This document shows positions 49,475-61,090 of a stretch of DNA of 64,000 nucleotides, in pieces; position 1 is the stretch's first letter, and each line of letters begins with the position of its first letter. A program made the position numbers and the translations under genes. The notes beneath the pieces are model-generated. The model saw only the letters and a list, made by a program, of their open reading frames with translations, was not told where the DNA came from and did not search any database. This DNA is from Malacoraja senta. Its lineage: Eukaryota. The DNA is taken from contig CM075989.1 in the NCBI GenBank assembly GCA_038087875.1, forward strand, positions 20,524,001 through 20,588,000, given 5' to 3'.

Positions 49475-50974
49475 CATAGTATTATTGTAAACCTTACAAA
49501 AATAAATCCAATATAATTAAGGTAGACACAAAATGCTGGAGGAACTCAGCAGGATAGGCAGCATCTCTGGAGAGAAGGAATGGGTGACGTTTCTGGTCGA
49601 AATGAGTTACTCCAGCATTTTGTGTCCACCTTTGATTTAAACCAGCATCTGCAGTTCTTTCTTATGCAATATAATAAACTTGGATTACACATGTATAACT
49701 GAGAATATAGTCGAATTCAGCTGAGAGCAGGGCCCATTCATTTAAATGAACTTGAAGCACAAAGTGCTGGAGGAACTCAGCAGGTCAGGCGGCATCTGTG
49801 GAGGGAATGGTCAAGACACGTTTTGGGTCAGGACACTTCTTTAGCATTTTTGTTTTTTGATTAAGATTCTAGCATCTTCAGTTTTGTGTAGAGTCTGAAA
49901 GGTCCCGATACGTTGTCTGTCCATTCCCTCCACAGATGCTGCCTGACCTGCTGTGTTACTCCAGCACCTGGCATTTTGTTCAAATTTCCAACTTCTGCAG
50001 GTACTTGTGTAAGCTTACTGGCTGTGAATAAAGTGCAGATATATGTTCAACTTTGTTTATTTACACTGTTTTCAATTAATTTCTAGGACTTAAAATTAAC
50101 CGAAAATTGAGTACATTTATATTTTTTAATTTTTCAACATTGCAGCAAGTCTGTTCACAAAGCTGCCCCTCAATATCTACATCAGCTTAATGCAGGTGTG
50201 TTGGTGCTGTGAACAGGGAACCTGGGCAACAGGACAGATCCAATGCAGATGTTCACATCCTCAACAAAGTTAAAGTGTGATGGCTGTTGTCTTGTTATGT
50301 TCACCTTGTTAACTGAACAAAAGACTTTATATTTGTATTTTTTATCCCGAAGGCAGAGTAAGAAAATGGGGTAAGAAAAAATACTGGTGATTATTTGGAT
50401 TGAATGTAATTCTTCCAATGCTTCAGAAGGAATGAGATATTTTGAAACAAAGTTAGAAACAATTGAGAAATTGCTTGTGGTTTATTTTTATTTGAATCGA
50501 TTAAAGTCTGATCCAGACATGTTGCTTCCCTGGAATCTCATGAAAATCTGTTTTGAATATTAAAAAAAAAAAAAGATGAATTTATTTTCGGGACAATAAT
50601 AGGAGCAAATGAGGGATGGAAGAAGTTGTGCGTTGTTGAACATGACATTCAGTTTTCCCCTCTTGCGCTGAGGTCATACTATGACCTGATGTTTATTTGG
50701 TGACTTGGTTTGGATTTTTTGCCAATCTTTTCTCTTCCCTCCACAAACCACTAATTTCCACCATGAATCAGTGCTGCCTGCCTTTAGGGTGGCTTGTTTG
50801 GCATCTTGATATTTCACTCTGTCAGCATAGAGAATGGTGTGTGTCGTTGTACTTGAAGCAGTATATTGTTCTCCATGTGTTACTGTGAGAAGGGCTTAAA
50901 GGTAGAGGTGGTGTACAGGAACAATCTTGGATAACTGCCTTCATTTCTTAGAACATAGAAGACTACAGCACAAG

Positions 50975-51183
50975 GTAGCCACAAAATGCTGGAGTAACTC
51001 AGCGGGACAGGCAGCGTCTCTGGAGAGAAGCGGGTGACGTTTCGGGTTGAGACCCTTCAGTTTGCAGAACTGAAACGTCACCCATTCCTTCTCTCCAGAG
51101 ATGTTGCCTGTCCCGCTGAATTACTCCAGCATTTTGTGTCTATCCTCGATTTAAACCAGCATCTGCAGTTCCTTCCTATGCAG
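50975..51183. mobile_element. PLE-terminus fold-back element, 11-bp TSD
   Basis: TACAGCACAAG at 50964-50974 and 51184-51194. Confidence 0.8.
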
Positions 51184-51660
51184 TACAGCACAAGAGCAGA
51201 AAATAGATTTGTCTTCAGACAAATCTATTTACTATCCAATATGACACTTTTTTTTTGATTGTCTATACAAATCATTGATTTGGATCAATGAATCAGTCTG
51301 TAGAAGGATCTCGACCCGAAACGTCACCCATTCCTTCTCTCCAGAGATGCTGCCTGTCCCGCTGAGTTACTCCAGCATTTTGTGTCTATCAATGATTTAT
51401 TTGTATTATTTGAGTAAAAAAAAATAAGGAAGCTTTATAAGAAGTTTAGTTCGGGCAGAAGAAGAAGTACACTATTTTTTTAGGAACGTTAGTACATCAA
51501 GATGCAATGCCATAATGTTATAACATATAGCTGGAAATCCTGTTCTGTGGATTTTCCTGACACTGGATCACTGTTTTGGCGAAAACTCATCAGCTGAGCC
51601 AAAGAAAGGGCAGACATTTGCAGGGGGCTCAACTCTCTCCAAGATCCAAGTGATGGTGAT

Positions 51661-52010
51661 CATAAGGTCATAAGTGATAGGAGCAGTATTGGGCCATCTG
51701 GCCTATCAAGTCTGCTCTGCCAGTCAATCATGGCTGATCTATCTCTCCCTCCTAACCCCATTCTCCTGCCTTCTCCCCATAACCCCTGACACCCATACTA
51801 ATCAAGAATCTATCTATCTCTACCTTAAAAATATCCATTGACTGCCTCCACAGCCTTCTGTGGCAATGAATTCCACAGATTCACTGCCCTCTTACTAAAG
51901 AAATCACTCCTCATCTCTTTACCAAAGGAACGTCCTTTAATTCTGAAGCTATGACCTCTAGTCCTAGACTCTCCCACGAGTGGAAACATCCACTCTATCC
52001 AAGCCTTTCA
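51661..52010 (-). mobile_element. CR1 LINE 3' fragment
   Basis: Reverse complement of the 353-775 family; CATAAGGT repeat tail. Confidence 0.8.
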
Positions 52011-53348
52011 CTGGTCTGCAAATTGATAATGAGTGCAAGGCAATGCATTCCTTTCCTCTCATCCACTGGCCCCTGCAAGAGAAGGAACTTGCAAGTGAAT
52101 ATATTTGTGGGCAAGTTCTCTTTGTTGAAGTTTAAAATGTCACTCCAGTATTTTCTCGAGCAGATGTTTCTGTGTCAAATTAAAATGCTAACTAGTGATG
52201 GATAATCTTCTGAGGATACCGAGCTTCCATTACATGTGCTACATTGGTGGGACAGATGGTATTTTTGTATTATAACCTCTAACAATGCATTTTGCTGCAG
52301 ATAATTAACTTCACTGAAAATGTAACTTGTAAAAGGTTTATGTTGAGGTTATTTGGACTTGGTTTATCAGTAGCAGATAGGTGGGTAATTAACGAATGGA
52401 GACAAAGCCAAGTGAAATAAAATACAATGAGGGATGCTACGATGAGGATATATGACAAGGAACAAAGGGCAAACTGTGTGCTATTTCACAACAATGGAAA
52501 AATAACAGCAGTACTCCATCCATTGAATCCAAATCCAGCCTTGCTAAAGAGGGATCTGTCTCCACTCTATACTTGACACTAAATTGGGTTTAAGCTCAGC
52601 ACTGTACTAAAGTAGACACAAAATGCTGGAGTAACCCAGTGGGCCGGGCAGCATTTCTGGAGAAAAGGAATCCAACTATGAAGAAGGGTTCCAATCCAAA
52701 ATGTATCCGATTCTTTATCTACGTTTGCTGCCTGACCCGCTCCAGCAGTTTGTGTTTATCTTTGGTATGAACCAGCATCTACAGTTCTTTCCTACACACT
52801 ACACTACTATATATTGTGTGGGGAGGAACTGGAGATGCTGACTTATACCAAAGACAGACACAAAATGAATAGGACAGGTTTGGAGGGATATGGACCAAGT
52901 GCAGGCAGGTGGGACTAGTGGAGCTGGGACATTGTTGGCCAGTGTGGGCAAGTTGGGCCGAAGGGCCTTTTTCCACACTGTATCACTCTATGACTATGAC
53001 AAAATGCTGGAGTAACTCAATGGGACAGGCAGCATCTCTGGAGATCTCTTCACACTGAAGAAGGGTCTCGACCCAAGATGTCACCTATTCCTTTTCTTCA
53101 GAGATGCTGCCTTGACCGCTGTAGTACAGTATTTTGTCCCTTTTCTAAAACTTCTTCCTATTTTTATTTCCCTTGGAGTCGAGGAGAAATGCAGGTTACC
53201 TTTTATTTTCCTGTCAGTGTGCCGAGCAGCCTGAAGGATTTGATCCCGCCAGCAATGAATGTAGCTGTGATGCTCTCTTGTGTCGGCAGTAATAGTGGAC
53301 CAGTAATGCAGGGAGTGAGAGCAGAAATCCCACCATGTTAAAATGGGG

Positions 53349-53538
53349 GTAGACAAAAATGCTGGAGAAACTCAGCAGGTGAGGCAGCATCTGTGGAGCA
53401 AAGGAATAGGTGACGTTTTGGGTCTAGACCCGAAACGTCACCTATTCCTTCGCTCCATAGATGCTGCCTCACCCGCTGAGTTTCTCCAGCATTTTTGTCT
53501 ACCTTTGATTTTTCCAGCATCTGCAGTTCCTTCTTAAA
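53349..53538. mobile_element. PLE-terminus fold-back element, 15-bp TSD
   Basis: CATGTTAAAATGGGG at 53334-53348 and 53539-53553. Confidence 0.85.
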
Positions 53539-54654
53539 CATGTTAAAATGGGGAATCTGACTTTAATTAATCTGGTAAATTGTAGACTTGTTATACATCA
53601 AAATAATGTTCTCCAAGGAGGGACCTGTTGTCCTCTCTGCTCTGGCCCACATGTGAGTCAGATGTTGCAACACGACTCATGGGAAATAAAAACTCTCTTG
53701 ACAAACGAATAAATAAGCACAAGCACTTTATGTACGATTTTTTTTAGTTGTTTGATTGCGGAAAGCGTTTCAGCGATGAACTTTTTTTATGGCGTTAGAA
53801 GTCGCCCCCCATTCCTATGACCAATGGAAGTTGTAACGGTGCTTTTATACAAGACTGCTAGTTTGCTGTTTACTTTTTTTAATTGAACAAAAAGCAAAAA
53901 TAGTTGTGGATTAATTTTAAACACAAAATGCTGGAGTAACTCAACGGTTCAGTCGGCATCTCTGGAGAGAAGGAATAAGTGATGTTTCGGGTTGAGTCTC
54001 ATCTTCAGACTGAAAGTCAGGGTGTCAGCAAAAGGGTTTCGACCCGAAACATCACCTATTCCTTTTCGCCAGAGACGCTGCCTGATCCGCTGAGTTACTC
54101 CAGCGTTTTGTGCGAATCTTCGGTTTAAATCAGCATCTGCAGTTCCTTCCTATACGGATTCATTTTAAAATCACCAGCTTAGTCCAAGCAATATTATATT
54201 TAGTCAATATTATTAATGACAAATTTTGACAGCACCCAAGTCATGCATCAGAAATGGGTGCAGAATCCCAAATAGGTGGGTGTATATAGTTGTTGACTTA
54301 GTTGTTGACTTAGCGAAACTTGGTGGTGGAAATACTTCTTGGTAAAGATGAGTTGACTTTCCAGTATGTTTGACTAACTGGAAGAAATCCATTCTTTCAG
54401 TACTGTTGGGGGCACCGAACATGCTTATACCACTTAGCTTGAAAGGAAACAATTTTTATCATTCATTTTGTACTACGGGGAAACATCCAGGTTATAGAAC
54501 AACGCATGGTTAATTTGAACAGACCCTTTACCATTATTCTCACTTGAGTACGCTTCCATACCATTTGGGGATAAAATGAGGGGCAGCAGTTGATATCCAT
54601 TGCCTATGCCATGTACTAATGATGGGTGAACAGACGCAAGGGGATAAGTGGAGA

Positions 54655-55162
54655 AACGAGGAACTGCAGATGCTGATTGACAAACAAAAGTCACAAAGTG
54701 CTGGAGTAACTCAACGGGTCAGGCAGCATTTCTGGAGAATCAGTGATGATTTGGGTTGGGATCCTTCTTCAGACTTGAGTGGATAATTGTTTGAACATTG
54801 AATTCTCCAATATTAGTTAACTTCAACCCTCCTTTTCTCTCTGTGTTCCAATTGGACTCGCACCTATTTCTCTCTTCCTCCCTTTCACCTACATTCATTG
54901 CTCTAGCTTCACAATTTGCAGCTGTTGAATCCTTTTGTCTCACACATACTGTCTGTTCATCTCTGGCTTTGTACATCCACCCGTCCAACATCCCCCCCCC
55001 CCCACCTCTATCAACCTATTACCAGATCAGTCTGAAGAAGGGTCTCGACCCGAAACGTCGCCCACTCCTTCTCTCCAGAGATGCTGCCTGTCACGCTGAG
55101 TTACTCCATCATTCTGTGTCCATCTTCGATTTAAACCAGCATCTGCACTTCTTTCCTACACC
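54655..55162 (+). mobile_element. PLE 3' end (last GIY-YIG codons NIEFSNIS* + pLTR) with inverted partial pLTR
   Basis: GAACATTGAATTCTCCAAT at ~54793; intact hammerhead core CTGAAGAAGGGTCTCGACCCGAAACGTC at 55032-55059. Confidence 0.75.
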
Positions 55163-57854
55163 AGCCAGGCTTTGTCCTGTCCTTCCTCACACCCCCCCCC
55201 TTACAAATCAGTCTGAAGAAGGGTCCCAACCCGAAAATGCACCTATCCATGGTCGCCAGATATCCTCTTGCAATGTTTTCTGCCAAGCTACTCCAGCGCT
55301 TTGTCTTTTTTTGTAAAGTGTTATTTATTAATTTCCTTTTTAATCTTGGAGAAAAAAAACTGCTTGTAGACGAGAAATGTCAAAGTGTGCAATGATCAAT
55401 TGAAACAGTGAGATTTGATTAGGTAGCATGCCAGGAAAACCCAGTGCCCAATGGGCAGAATTATTTTTTCCTGTGTTAGAACCTTCTAATCGAGGATAAA
55501 CCTTCGTTACTTTTCCAATGCTCAAGGCCCAAGCTTCTGAAAGAAACCCTGTAAAATGATTCTGACTGATATTCACGAATTATATTACTCTGCACAAGTT
55601 TCCAAGACCATTTTTATCCTCCCACGGTAATCTTTGCATTCACATCCTTGCTGACAATAGGAATTAAAAGAAAGAAGTTGGTTATGTTATGTAATCCTGT
55701 TACAATCATCGCAGATTACCATCAAAACACCCGGTAAATGCAATTTTATTTTTCTTGTACAGAGAGGTCAGTTTATTAAAGCCTTGTGGAGATTAATCAA
55801 TTTCTCCTTCTGCAGTGAGTTATCGGCAAGACTATCAGACGACCTTGTCTTCTGAGTCATTGCAATTGGGGAAAATTCTCTCTTGGAGTATAAATGCTCC
55901 TCACATGGCCCATGTTACCAACTGCAGATACAATTTTTAACTCTGCCACCCATATATGAAACTCTCTATACAATGGCTGCAGGTTCCTTTTGAAGAAATA
56001 CCGAAACACAGTTATTAAATGCTGTTTCTTGAAAAATGGTGCTTGTTCACAAAAAGACAAACTTCAAAAAAATGTTATTATCGGTTAGAAGTATTTGTGA
56101 GAGAGTATTGGTTTCTAAACTTACACCAGAGGATACAAAACAGACAGAGAGAGTGCACTGCAGGTGGATATATTTCATTAACACAGTCCTGGCAAAGTTT
56201 TTTGCCTTAAATAGTGTTTTAAAAAAAATGCTACCTAGTGTAATATTTCCACATTTCCACACTTCCACATGAGAATTTGATGATTAAGTAAAAAACACAC
56301 TTGTCAAAAGTGAGCTATTCTTAAATGACTAAATGGGTTTTTTAAATCGGGAAGTTGTTCAATTGCAGTCAGTGATTCTCATGATAGATACAGCTCAGGA
56401 ACATGGTAAATAAACTGCAGATTTACACAAAAATACAGAGTTGGAGTAAGTCAATGGGTCGGGCAGTGTCTCTGGAGTACATGGATAGGTGATGATGTTT
56501 TGGATCAGGACTCTTCAGACTGATGGGAGGGGGGGGGGGGGGGGGAAGAAAGCTTGAAGAGGGAACAATGTCAGTGGTGAACCTGATGCCAAGGTAAAGT
56601 AATCTCATCTACCTGCACATGACCCATATTCCCTGCATATCCACAGTGATATAAATGATGGTATATATGTAATTTTTTTTCAAACAGCTGAATGCAATAA
56701 CTTTGAAATGTTGCTCTGGCATCTTGAATCACTGGTTCTTCTAGTGTAGGTACATCCACTGGTGGATAGGCAACTCCACGATATGAAGCTGGTGATAAAG
56801 CAGGAACAGCGATCCATTGACAAACTTAGCTGGTGTGAATGGGGATGAAGGCGTACTGGTGGTGGTGTTACCATGTGCAAATAAGATCTCCTATCTGGAA
56901 ACCATATTGGCACCTTCATACACAGACAGTTGGTGGCACCCCAATTCTTTTTTTTTTTCTAAAAGTTTACTTGGCTTGCACCCCTCATGTGGTTGGTTCC
57001 TGTGAGCTTGTTCCATGTGGCTAGACTGCAGTTGACTGTTCAATAGAAGTGGTAGAAGTGTGATGTTAGTTGCTGTGTCCATCTTCCATGTTTCAAATGT
57101 TGACCTCGCTGTCATCGTCCGTCCTGAAAAGGATGCAAGCTTCCGGCGACAATCAGTGGGAGCCATCACTTGTTGCAATAGATGATGGTGGTAGAAGAAT
57201 TAGCTCAGGATACTTCCAGTTTCCAGCCCCGCGACGTGGACGCTTCTGCTATGGGACCACCTTAAGGCAGTGAATCCACAGAAAGTAGGCATTGAACATG
57301 GAACTTACTTGCAAAAAATATAACATTATGCATTAGACTGAATTGCAGCAATTGTTTATATGGTATGTCATTGTTTTGACCTTTAAGTAATTTTTATTTC
57401 CTGTTTTTTTTTTTTTTGAATTACACTTTATGTAATGAAAGTATTGGTTTAAAAAAACCCCCACATTAGTTCATAAGTTAGCCTGATAGACATCCCAACC
57501 TGAAATACCACATGTCCATTCCCTTCTCAGATGCTGCCCAACCCACTGAGTTCTTCCCAGAACTATTTTTGTTTTTTGCTCAAGCCTCCAGCATCTGCCG
57601 TTTTTGTGCCTGCCTTAATTCAAATGTACAATTATATAGAAACTGTCATACTCTGGTAGTCTAAATATTTGCCAAATCGATGCTTTGATGGAATGCCATT
57701 GCATTGGATGGTTTGCACTTCAAACTTTGTTAATTTCTGAATAAATGTATTCCTCATATTAGGAGGAATCGTATTTGACAGGGGTGGGAGATTGCAACCT
57801 TCACGTGGTCCACCCTGTTTCGACACAATCAAATAAGATCAAATAGAACAAGTT

Positions 57855-59387
57855 ACATAGATACATAGATACATAGAAAATAGGTGCAGGAGTAGGCCAT
57901 TCGGCCCTTCGAGCCTGCACCGCCATTCAATATGATCATGGCTGATCATCCAACTCAGTATCCCGTACCTGCCTTCTCTCCATACCCCCTGATCCCTTTA
58001 GCCACAAGGGCCACATCTAACTCCCTCTTAAATATAGCCAATGAACTGGCGTCAACTACCCTCTGTGGCAGAGAGTTCCAGAGATTCACCACTCTCTGTG
58101 TGAAAAAGTTTTTCCTCATCTCGGTCTTAAAGGATTTCCCCCTTATCCTTAAGCTGTGACCCCTTGTCCTGGACTTCCCCAACATCGGGAACAATCTTCC
58201 TGCATCTAGCCTGTCCAACCCCATAAGAATTTTGTACGTTTCTATAAGATCCCCTCTCAATCTCCTAAATTCTAGCGAGTATAAGCCAAGTCTATCCAGT
58301 CTTTCTTCATATGAAAGTCCTGACATCCCAGGAATCAGTCTGGTGAACCTTCTCTGCACTCCCTCTATGGCTATAATGTCCTTCCTCAGATTTGGAGACC
58401 AAAACTGTACGCAATACTCCAGTTGTGGTCTCACCAAGACCCTGTACGACTGCAGTAGAACCTCCCTGCTCCTATACTCAAATCCTCTTGCTATGAAGGC
58501 CAACATACCATTCGCTTTCTTCACTGCCTGCTGCACCTGCATGCCTACTTTCAATGACTGGTGTACCATGACACCCAGGTCTCGCTGCACCTCCCCATTT
58601 CCTAATCGGCCACCATTTAGATAATAGTCTGCCTTCCTGTTTTTGCCACCAAAGTGGATAACCTCACATTTATCCACATTATACTGCATCTGCCAAACAT
58701 TTGCCCACTCACCCAGCCTATCCAAGTCACCTTGCAGTCTCCTAGCATCCTCCTCACAGCTAACACTGCCCCCCAGCTTAGTGTCATCCGCAAACTTGGA
58801 GATGTTGCTTTCAATTCCCTCGTCCAGATCATTAATATAAATTGTAAATAGCTGGGGTCCCAGCACTGAGCCTTGCGGTACCCCACTAGTCACTGCCTGC
58901 CATTGTGAAAAGGACCCGTTTACTCCTACTCTTTGCTTCCTGTTTGCCAGCCAGTTCTCTATCCACATCAATACTGAACCCCCAATACCGTGTGATTTAA
59001 GTTTGTATCCTAATCTCTTATGTGGTACCTTGTCGAAAGCCTTCTGAAAGTCCAGATACAACACATCCACTGGTTCTCCCCTATCCACTCTACTAGTTAC
59101 ATCCTCGAAAAATTCTATAAGATTCGTCAGACACGATTTACCTTTCGTAAATCCATGCTGACTTTGTCCAATGATTTCACCACTTTCCAAATGTGCTGCT
59201 ATCCCATCTTTAATAACTGACTCTAGCAGTTTCCCCACTACCGATGTTAGACTAACTGGTCTGTAATTCCCCGTTTTCTCTCTCCCTCCCTTCTTAAAAA
59301 GTGGGGTTACGTTTGCCACCCTCCAATCCTCAGGAACTACTCCAGAATCTAAAGAATTTTGAAAAATTATCACTAAATTTTTCAACT
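57855..59387 (-). mobile_element. Young 5'-truncated CR1 LINE
   Basis: (ACATAGAT)n octamer tail at 57855; AAGTT duplicated at 57850-57854 and 59388-59392. Confidence 0.92.
57955..59385 (-). CDS. CR1 ORF2 reverse transcriptase domain (476 aa, uninterrupted, 5'-truncated)
   Basis: PEDWRVANVTPLFKKG, NYRPVSLTS, QHGF, DFQKAFDKV, SGVPQGSVLGP, FADD motifs. Confidence 0.95.
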   Translation of the reverse strand: MKNLVIIFQNSLDSGVVPEDWRVANVTPLFKKGGREKTGNYRPVSLTSVVGKLLESVIKDGIAAHLESGEIIGQSQHGFTKGKSCLTNLIEFFEDVTSRVDRGEPVDVLYLDFQKAFDKVPHKRLGYKLKSHGIGGSVLMWIENWLANRKQRVGVNGSFSQWQAVTSGVPQGSVLGPQLFTIYINDLDEGIESNISKFADDTKLGGSVSCEEDARRLQGDLDRLGEWANVWQMQYNVDKCEVIHFGGKNRKADYYLNGGRLGNGEVQRDLGVMVHQSLKVGMQVQQAVKKANGMLAFIARGFEYRSREVLLQSYRVLVRPQLEYCVQFWSPNLRKDIIAIEGVQRRFTRLIPGMSGLSYEERLDRLGLYSLEFRRLRGDLIETYKILMGLDRLDAGRLFPMLGKSRTRGHSLRIRGKSFKTEMRKNFFTQRVVNLWNSLPQRVVDASSLAIFKRELDVALVAKGIRGYGEKAGTGY

Positions 59388-60520
59388 AAGTTGTCCTAAA
59401 ACTTTAGGTTGTGCACCCCATATGCAAGAAGAAGAAGTATTTGACATATGAACATTTCAATTGCTGTTAACGTGAAGAACAAAGCAAAAGCGGGTATTTG
59501 TTTTGCTTTTGCATCAAACCTGCGATCTTGCTCACATTTGTGCCATGGAAAATTACTGATCTACCCAGCAGTAATACCCTTGGCACTGTGAGTGTTATTG
59601 GCTGTTGTAATTACTCTTGACATTTAGTTGATCTTGCTGGAAAGACTGCCTCGTCTTCTTTTGACTATTGTCTCCGTGGTTACCAACACATGGCAATCAG
59701 CGTGATCTTTGGGCAGGAGCAAAGGTGCGTCATGCAAGTTTCTGAAACTGTGACAATAGCGATGGAATTTAACAAGTTTAACTTTTGTTTCCTCAGCACA
59801 ACTTTTTTTTCTTTGTGCTTACTAGTAAAACAATTGCCTTGCTCTGGTGTACACGTTTAGAGTGTAAAATGAAAACGCCAATGGGTTCAAATTGTGCTTG
59901 TTACATGGATAATCAAAAATATTACAAATGAACTGAAATATTAGCCGATTCGGTGTTCCGTGATTATATTGAGAGTTTTTAACCACAATATTCCCCTGAA
60001 CACTTTGTCAAAATCAATGTTGCATGCCAAAAAAAAAAATCAACCCCAGAGCTAATGATGGAAGTTGGTCTTGGTAAAAATGTAGTGACCTCACAGAATC
60101 TTGGCACTCATTATTGTTTTAATGACACCATGAAAAATGACATCAAGGCAGTCTTTCCTGCTTCTCTGTTTTGGCAATTTGTTTGTGCCAACCATCTCAC
60201 CAATATTTGGAGGTGGATAACAAGTGTGTTCTTTGCGGGGGGGGGGTTTGAGCAAGATGTTTGCATGTCTCCACCAGTAATAATACAGATGGGAAGTGCA
60301 ACTGTGGTTTTCTGTTTACATCAGGTCACAAATACCATTGGGACTGTGTGAGTGAGTACGCACTGGGGTAGAGGTTCCACTTTGGCCCTATTCAGCAATA
60401 CTGCTCGCCCCATTGCACATTGGTGAGGGTGAAGCCTGCCTTTTATTATCCAAATGAAGAAGATCCTTAATAGATTGGAGAGAGCAACAGAATGCTGGTG
60501 GATTGATACAGCTATTGATT

Positions 60521-60620
60521 CAGTCTGAAGAAGGGTCTCGACCCGAAACGTCGCCCATTCCTTCTCTCCAGAGATGCTGCCTCACCCGCTGAGTTACTCC
60601 AGCATTTTGTGTCTACCTTC
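60521..60620 (+). mobile_element. Solo PLE terminus with intact hammerhead core
   Basis: CTGAAGAAGGGTCTCGACCCGAAACGTC at 60525-60552; flanking ATTGATACAG(C/T)TAT duplicated. Confidence 0.8.
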
Positions 60621-60824
60621 AATTGATACAGTTATATTGAGTTTAACTCAAAATAATGGTAGTTCTAGCAGCCATAGTCAACATGATTTTTTAAGTTAAT
60701 GAAACATTTTCGAAAATAATCCAAAACTGTTTTCTAGTTAGATTGGGGCTGTTTTCAAACAGATTTTAAACGTTCTGTAGGTGCACCTGTTGATATTGTT
60801 GTCACCACAAGAATCGACTTTGGT

Positions 60825-61090
60825 AATACAGTGCGGAAACAGACCCTGCGGCCCATCGTGTCCGCGCCGACCTCTGATCACCCCGTATACTTGCACACCC
60901 CTACACACTACGGACAACTTATAATTTTACAGAAGCCAATGAACTTACAAACCTGCAAGTCTTTGGATTGTGGGAGGAAACGGGAGCACCCAGAGAAAAC
61001 CCATGCGGTCACAGGGAGAAAGTAGAACCTTCGTACAGACAGCACACGTAGTCAGGATCGAACCCGGGTCTCTACCACTGCTGCCTCCCA
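60825..61090 (-). mobile_element. V-SINE
   Basis: Same motifs as other copies (another at ~62567-62780). Confidence 0.75.

Larger units (their letters stand above)
57781..59436 (+). mobile_element. Second copy of the ribozyme-headed retroposon, split by a CR1 insertion
   Basis: TSD GTATTTGACA (57771-57780, 59437-59446); head GGGGTGGGAGATTGCAACCTTCACGTGGTCCACCCTGT; tail ...GTGCACCCCATATGCAAGAAGAAGAA. Confidence 0.85.

Noticed and set aside
56019..56272. Overlapping short ORFs in unique sequence
   Set aside because: No motif or convincing exon boundaries; compatible with chance.
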